Positions 59,859 through 64,000 of a stretch of DNA of 64,000 nucleotides are shown one piece after another (position 1 is the stretch's first letter; each line of letters opens with the position of its first letter). The stretch is from Methanomassiliicoccaceae archaeon. Lineage in GTDB: Archaea; Thermoplasmatota; Thermoplasmata; Methanomassiliicoccales; Methanomassiliicoccaceae. A program made the translations under genes and the position numbers. A model generated the notes under the pieces. That model ran no database searches. It was not told the origin of the DNA and saw nothing but the letters and a program-made list of their open reading frames with translations. Where the stretch lies: NCBI GenBank assembly GCA_040776945.1, contig JAXGZN010000001.1, positions 192,001 through 256,000 on the forward strand, given 5' to 3'.

Positions 59859-60524
59859 CTAGACATCTATCTGTATCCGGACCTTGTTGCCCATCCCATT
59901 GCGTTCTTTGACCACGAGGCCTTTCTCCACCAGCCTGTCTAGGACCCTTGACACCTTGGCCTCCGACATCTTGGTGGTGAGGACTATGTCGCGCTGCAGC
60001 ACCTCGCCGCCCGACTCCTTGATGGTCCGGAAGACGGTCCGTTCATCCCCGTTCAGAAGTCGTAGTACAAGGGAGCTCTCCATTTCAGGCACCTGATATG
60101 TTGAGGCGGTCTCTGCTGCCTCGGGTGGGTTCGTGAGCGCTGATGAAGGTGCGGCCATCCCGTTGCCTCCGGTCGATGCAGGACCGGGGCCGCGTTGCTC
60201 GTACAATACCGTTGGCGTCTCCTCATGCCTAACGTACGGTCCTGGTTCCCAGAAGGGGGTCCGGGGGAAGGGTGCCGTTCCGTAAGGCCGCCACATGGCA
60301 ACGAAGATCGCCCCGGAGGCGAACATCATGGCGCCGACCATCGCCATGAACATATTGGTGAGCGTATAGTAGCGGAATCCGGTAGAACCGCCCATCATGC
60401 CTCCGTGTTCGCCGGACGCACCTGCTCCGCTCTGGAAGGCCATGAGCGAATAGATCATCAACATCAGGCCTGCCGCTGCGATCAATGCTGCTAGCACTCG
60501 AGCATTGTTCGTTCTATGTTCCAT
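59859..60524 (-). CDS. Membrane-anchored winged-HTH protein
   Basis: Two TMs with an MMGG loop; C-terminal GGE..Q......MS.AKVSR.LDRL..KG.V...R.G..N. Confidence 0.8.
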   Translation of the reverse strand: MEHRTNNARVLAALIAAAGLMLMIYSLMAFQSGAGASGEHGGMMGGSTGFRYYTLTNMFMAMVGAMMFASGAIFVAMWRPYGTAPFPRTPFWEPGPYVRHEETPTVLYEQRGPGPASTGGNGMAAPSSALTNPPEAAETASTYQVPEMESSLVLRLLNGDERTVFRTIKESGGEVLQRDIVLTTKMSEAKVSRVLDRLVEKGLVVKERNGMGNKVRIQIDV

Positions 60525-60758
60525 GCGCTCCTCCCCTCTGCCATTGAAGTACTTATCCTGTTCGGTCTCTACATCGGCACTTCATAGCCATTAATGTCGG
60601 TCGATCGATGAGACGACGTGCAGCGATGGACGAGCGAGCGTCGGCACCTTCGACCGTTGGTCCTTTTTAGATCGCGGACCTATCATGAAGGATGCGTTGT
60701 AGGAGCATATGCATTTGCATTTGCTGCGGACCATATGATATCGAGAAATACGGGAGAT

Positions 60759-60834
60759 TGGTGGACAGGGGGGGATTTGAACCCCCGGCCTCTACCATGC
60801 CAAGGTAGCGATCTTCCAACTGATCTACCTGCCC
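60759..60834 (-). tRNA. tRNA-Ala(GGC) with encoded CCA
   Basis: GGGCAGG/CCTGTCC acceptor (G3:U70), CTACC-TTGGCAT-GGTAG, GTTCAAATC. Confidence 0.96.
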
Positions 60835-61275
60835 AGTGTTACCTGGCAAAGTAATGCCTCTAATTAAAGGTTTTCATACGGACCCAGACGTCCGGGCGCC
60901 GCCGGCCGCTCATGTGGTTGATGGCCTGGGGAGCGATGATGCGTGCTACCTCTCGGAAGATCTCCCGGCCTAGAGCCTGGCGTTGGTCGGACCAGTCCGC
61001 CTGTGAGCATGCCGGGAGAGCGGTCCCCGGTCGTGACGGTTCCCTCTTTCGCCGTTGTCCCCTCTCAGAACATGAAGCCTGTCCATGGCGACCATATGCG
61101 GCTTAGGCCCAGCATGGGCCAACGGCCGCCCGATGAAGGCGGACGAGAGCGATCGGCTCTGGAGGATGTGTTGGAGGGACCGGTACCTGATGCCCTTCCC
61201 TGCAAGATGTCGGGGACAAGGTGGGTTCAGCGTGAGAGGGCCACGCGACGCACGTTCCCTCCGAATGAGGAGAGG

Positions 61276-62691
61276 TCAGATGTCCAGTTTTCTCTGGAAC
61301 CGCATCTTCTCTCCAGGCACGTTCGTAGGGTACTCGCCGTTGAGGCATGCCAGGCACAGATCGTTCTCCGGGATGTTAAGCGCCTCCTCTAAGCCCTTTA
61401 GTGATATGTATCCGAGCGAATCAGCGGTCAGGTACTCAGCGATCTCCGGCATGGTCTTATTGTTGGCTATGAACTGTTCCCTTGTCTTCATGTCTACGCC
61501 GTAGTAGCATGGCGCGACCACAGGCGGGCATCCGATGCGCACATGGATCTCCCGCGCCCCGCCCCGTCGGAGCATCTGCACTATCTTGCGCAAGGTCGTG
61601 CCTCGAACGATCGAGTCATCGACCACCACCACTCTTTTATCCTTGATGGTTGACCGGATGGGATTGAGCTTAATGCTGACCCCTTCCTCCCTCTGGAGCT
61701 GCTCAGGCATGATGAAGGTTCGCTCGATATAGCGGTTCTTCATCAGCCCCTCGTCGTACGGTATGCCGGAACCGATGGCGAAACCGAGCGCGTGCGCGCG
61801 GCCCGAGTCGGGGACGGGGATCACCACGTCCGCATCCACCGGATGCTCTCTGGCAAGGATCTTGCCGATGATCTTACGGACTTCGTAAACCTCCCGGCCG
61901 TCGATCACCGAGTCCGGCCGGGCAAAGTATACCCACTCGAACATGCAGTGGGCCCTGCTAGATGGCCTTGCCGTTCGGGACGATGAGTATGAATCGGTTG
62001 TGATCTCGATGACCTCACCGGGCAGTATGTCTCTGATGAACTCTCCCTGCAAGATGTCGAACACCGCCGACTCTGACGCTAGACAATATCCGCGCGAGAG
62101 CTTTCCCAGGCAGAGCGGCCGGAAGCCCAGGGGGTCCCGGACCCCGAAAACCCGGTTCCCGATCATGATCACGAGGGAATAGGCCCCGTCGAGCAGCTTC
62201 ATCGTCGACCTTATCGCTTTTACAGGGTCCGCCCCCTGCTTGAGCTCGTTGGCCAGGATCCGCACTATGATCTCCGAGTCGGTTGTGGTCAAGAAGGCCC
62301 AGCCATCGCTCTGGTACTTTGACCTCAGCTTCGCCGAGTTGACGATGTCGCCGTTGTGACCTAGGGCCACGTCCCCGGCCGCCGATGTAACAACGATGGG
62401 CTGGGCGTTATCCGAGCAGGACGTACCCGTGGTGGCGTATCGGACATGACCGATGCCTACGCAGCCCTTCAGGGAATCGAACTCCTTGCCACCCAGTACC
62501 TCGTGGACCAGGCCGGCGCCCCTCAGGTAGGAAAGGCTGCCTTTATCGGAGACGGCTATGCCCGCGGCCTCTTGGCCCCTATGCTGCATTACTCGCAGGG
62601 CTCGCTTAAGCTCGGGGGCGGCCCTGACATCGAGGGCCATGGCGACAACCCCACAATAATGCTTGGGATCGTCATCCATCGGATCTACCAT
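61276..62691 (-). CDS. purF: Amidophosphoribosyltransferase
   Basis: Propeptide + CGV, QHRGQEAAG, GHVRYAT, CMFEWVYFARPDS and VVDDSIVRGTT motifs. Confidence 0.97.
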   Translation of the reverse strand: MVDPMDDDPKHYCGVVAMALDVRAAPELKRALRVMQHRGQEAAGIAVSDKGSLSYLRGAGLVHEVLGGKEFDSLKGCVGIGHVRYATTGTSCSDNAQPIVVTSAAGDVALGHNGDIVNSAKLRSKYQSDGWAFLTTTDSEIIVRILANELKQGADPVKAIRSTMKLLDGAYSLVIMIGNRVFGVRDPLGFRPLCLGKLSRGYCLASESAVFDILQGEFIRDILPGEVIEITTDSYSSSRTARPSSRAHCMFEWVYFARPDSVIDGREVYEVRKIIGKILAREHPVDADVVIPVPDSGRAHALGFAIGSGIPYDEGLMKNRYIERTFIMPEQLQREEGVSIKLNPIRSTIKDKRVVVVDDSIVRGTTLRKIVQMLRRGGAREIHVRIGCPPVVAPCYYGVDMKTREQFIANNKTMPEIAEYLTADSLGYISLKGLEEALNIPENDLCLACLNGEYPTNVPGEKMRFQRKLDI

Positions 62692-62695
62692 GAGA

Positions 62696-62863
62696 TCAGT
62701 GTTGCTTGGCCCAGGAATAGGACCTCAGTTTCGTGGTCTTACCATATCCACAGGAAGCGCAGGCTCCCTTCTGCATATTGTATGAGCTCTTCCCGCAGCG
62801 GCGGCAGGGGATGTGCGACTTGCCGCTTGACCTCTTACCCATTGATGGAGTGCCCTTTCCCAT
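62696..62863 (-). CDS. rpl37e: Ribosomal protein L37e
   Basis: [11 protein letters not shown]...[10 protein letters not shown]......CASCGYG.....R.Y.W; below the ORF-track cutoff. Confidence 0.95.
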   Translation of the reverse strand: MGKGTPSMGKRSSGKSHIPCRRCGKSSYNMQKGACASCGYGKTTKLRSYSWAKQH

Positions 62864-62875
62864 GTCCTAGTCTCC

Positions 62876-63091
62876 TTACGGTGAAATGTAAATGACGTTG
62901 TCCCCTCGCACGATGGTCACATCGAGCTTTCTCACCACTTCGTTGTTGATGAGCTCTTCTGCGTTCTTGAGGACCAGGTTCATGTGGGGATCGTATCCGT
63001 CGAGGATCCCCCGGTACTCCCTGTTGGCCTTCAGCTCGACGATCACGGGACGGTTGATCGCCTGGTTCAGAACGGTCAGAGGTTTCTGCAT
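62876..63091 (-). CDS. Sm-like archaeal protein (SmAP/Lsm)
   Basis: [12 protein letters not shown] and [11 protein letters not shown] motifs; canonical synteny with rpl37e. Confidence 0.95.
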   Translation of the reverse strand: MQKPLTVLNQAINRPVIVELKANREYRGILDGYDPHMNLVLKNAEELINNEVVRKLDVTIVRGDNVIYISP

Positions 63092-63151
63092 GTTACAGCC
63101 ACCAATCTGCCCGATAAACCGCGGAGTATTTTAAGCTTACTAGTGTGGGGC

Positions 63152-63967
63152 TTAAAGGAAGGCACCTATGGCAGGGGCGTCCAGACGGTCCATGTCGTAG
63201 GCGATTATTCCCTCGATCATGCCCTGTCGGTCGAGCTTGCCGCCACGGATATGAGCTATCAAGGAGGAGCGCCATAAAAGGTCCATGGCCGCCGCCGCCA
63301 GGGCGCCGTAATAGGTGTTAGAAAGATAGTCCTCATAGCCGTAGTCATCGACCAGGAAGCATGCATATCCATACATCGAGTCCCTGCGGTTAAGGGTGCT
63401 CATGTAAGAGCAGAAGACGTCGAGGCCCTGACCTTCGGGCACAAGCAAGGGAACCTGCTTCGGGTCGATGGTCCGCCGGGGATCGAGAGATCCATCGTCG
63501 TTCATCACTGACCACTCCACCTTGCCGTTCTTCGAAAGCAGGATGTTCCACTTCCCTTCGGGGTCGCAGTACACCGGTGCGGAGTAGACGTCGTCGGAGC
63601 TAAGGGACTCCAGGCCGGTCTCGGCCGCCGAGGCCTTGAGCTCCTTCGGATCATACTGCGGTGAGGACAGGGGGGCGGGGAGGGCTTCCATCTCCTCTTC
63701 CTCGGCGGACAGGTCGAGGACCTTTGCCAAATACTGGACGTCCGATAGTTCCTTGATGCGGGGAGCGACATTGCGCCGTAGCCCCTCGGGGGCCCTGTAG
63801 ATGCCCGAGTCGGCACAGTTGGCTTCGAACTCCCTGTACACCGCGCGAGATTCACGAAGCGCCCTAAGTAGCGCTTCACGGTTTTCAGCGACCATCTTGC
63901 CGCCTGTGACCAGGGCGTCCTCCCGTCCGCCGTACCATACTCCTCTGCATGATAGGTCCAGTTCCAC
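63152..63967 (-). CDS. Hypothetical protein
   Basis: 271-aa ORF with coding-like composition; no motif recognised. Confidence 0.65.
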   Translation of the reverse strand: MELDLSCRGVWYGGREDALVTGGKMVAENREALLRALRESRAVYREFEANCADSGIYRAPEGLRRNVAPRIKELSDVQYLAKVLDLSAEEEEMEALPAPLSSPQYDPKELKASAAETGLESLSSDDVYSAPVYCDPEGKWNILLSKNGKVEWSVMNDDGSLDPRRTIDPKQVPLLVPEGQGLDVFCSYMSTLNRRDSMYGYACFLVDDYGYEDYLSNTYYGALAAAAMDLLWRSSLIAHIRGGKLDRQGMIEGIIAYDMDRLDAPAIGAFL

Positions 63968-64000
63968 CTGGACCCTCGTGCTGATATAGAGATGGAAGGG

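Noticed and set aside
60880-61270. Small gene or ncRNA between tRNA-Ala and purF
   Set aside because: Only a modest hairpin and unconvincing ORFs were seen.

Overview
GC-rich archaeal chromosomal window. It most likely comes from a Methanomassiliicoccales/Thermoplasmata methylotrophic methanogen; this is inferred from TopoVI, class I LysRS, Sec61beta, L37e/L41e, an Sm protein, BHB-intron tRNAs, an MtaA-family methyltransferase and TATA-box promoters. Core genes (hisS, drg, top6B/A, lysS, ppa, nadE, hom, cimA, purF) are interleaved with accessory blocks. Five observations stand out. (1) A complete fdrA/ylbE/ylbF(allFGH)-like carbamoyltransferase cluster with its own carbamate kinase, a catalytically atypical CodA-family amidohydrolase, a DUF1097 membrane protein and an MFS permease (24.8-32.9 kb), possibly an undescribed ureide/N-heterocycle catabolic, ATP-yielding module in a methanogen. 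(2) A cryptic tRNA-Arg(UCU) split by two 21-nt strict-BHB introns, one canonical and one in the T-loop (59/60). (3) Two TATA-led, unannotated structured small RNAs (3161-3239 with CCUCC loops; 45741-45818). (4) An orphan 514-aa gene coupled to a NYN nuclease. (5) A decaying region with an IS5-family remnant, a MITE-like inverted repeat, an internally deleted flavodoxin duplicate and several pseudogenes. No CRISPR array, rRNA or integrase was seen. All product calls come from motif recognition by eye; no database searches were run.
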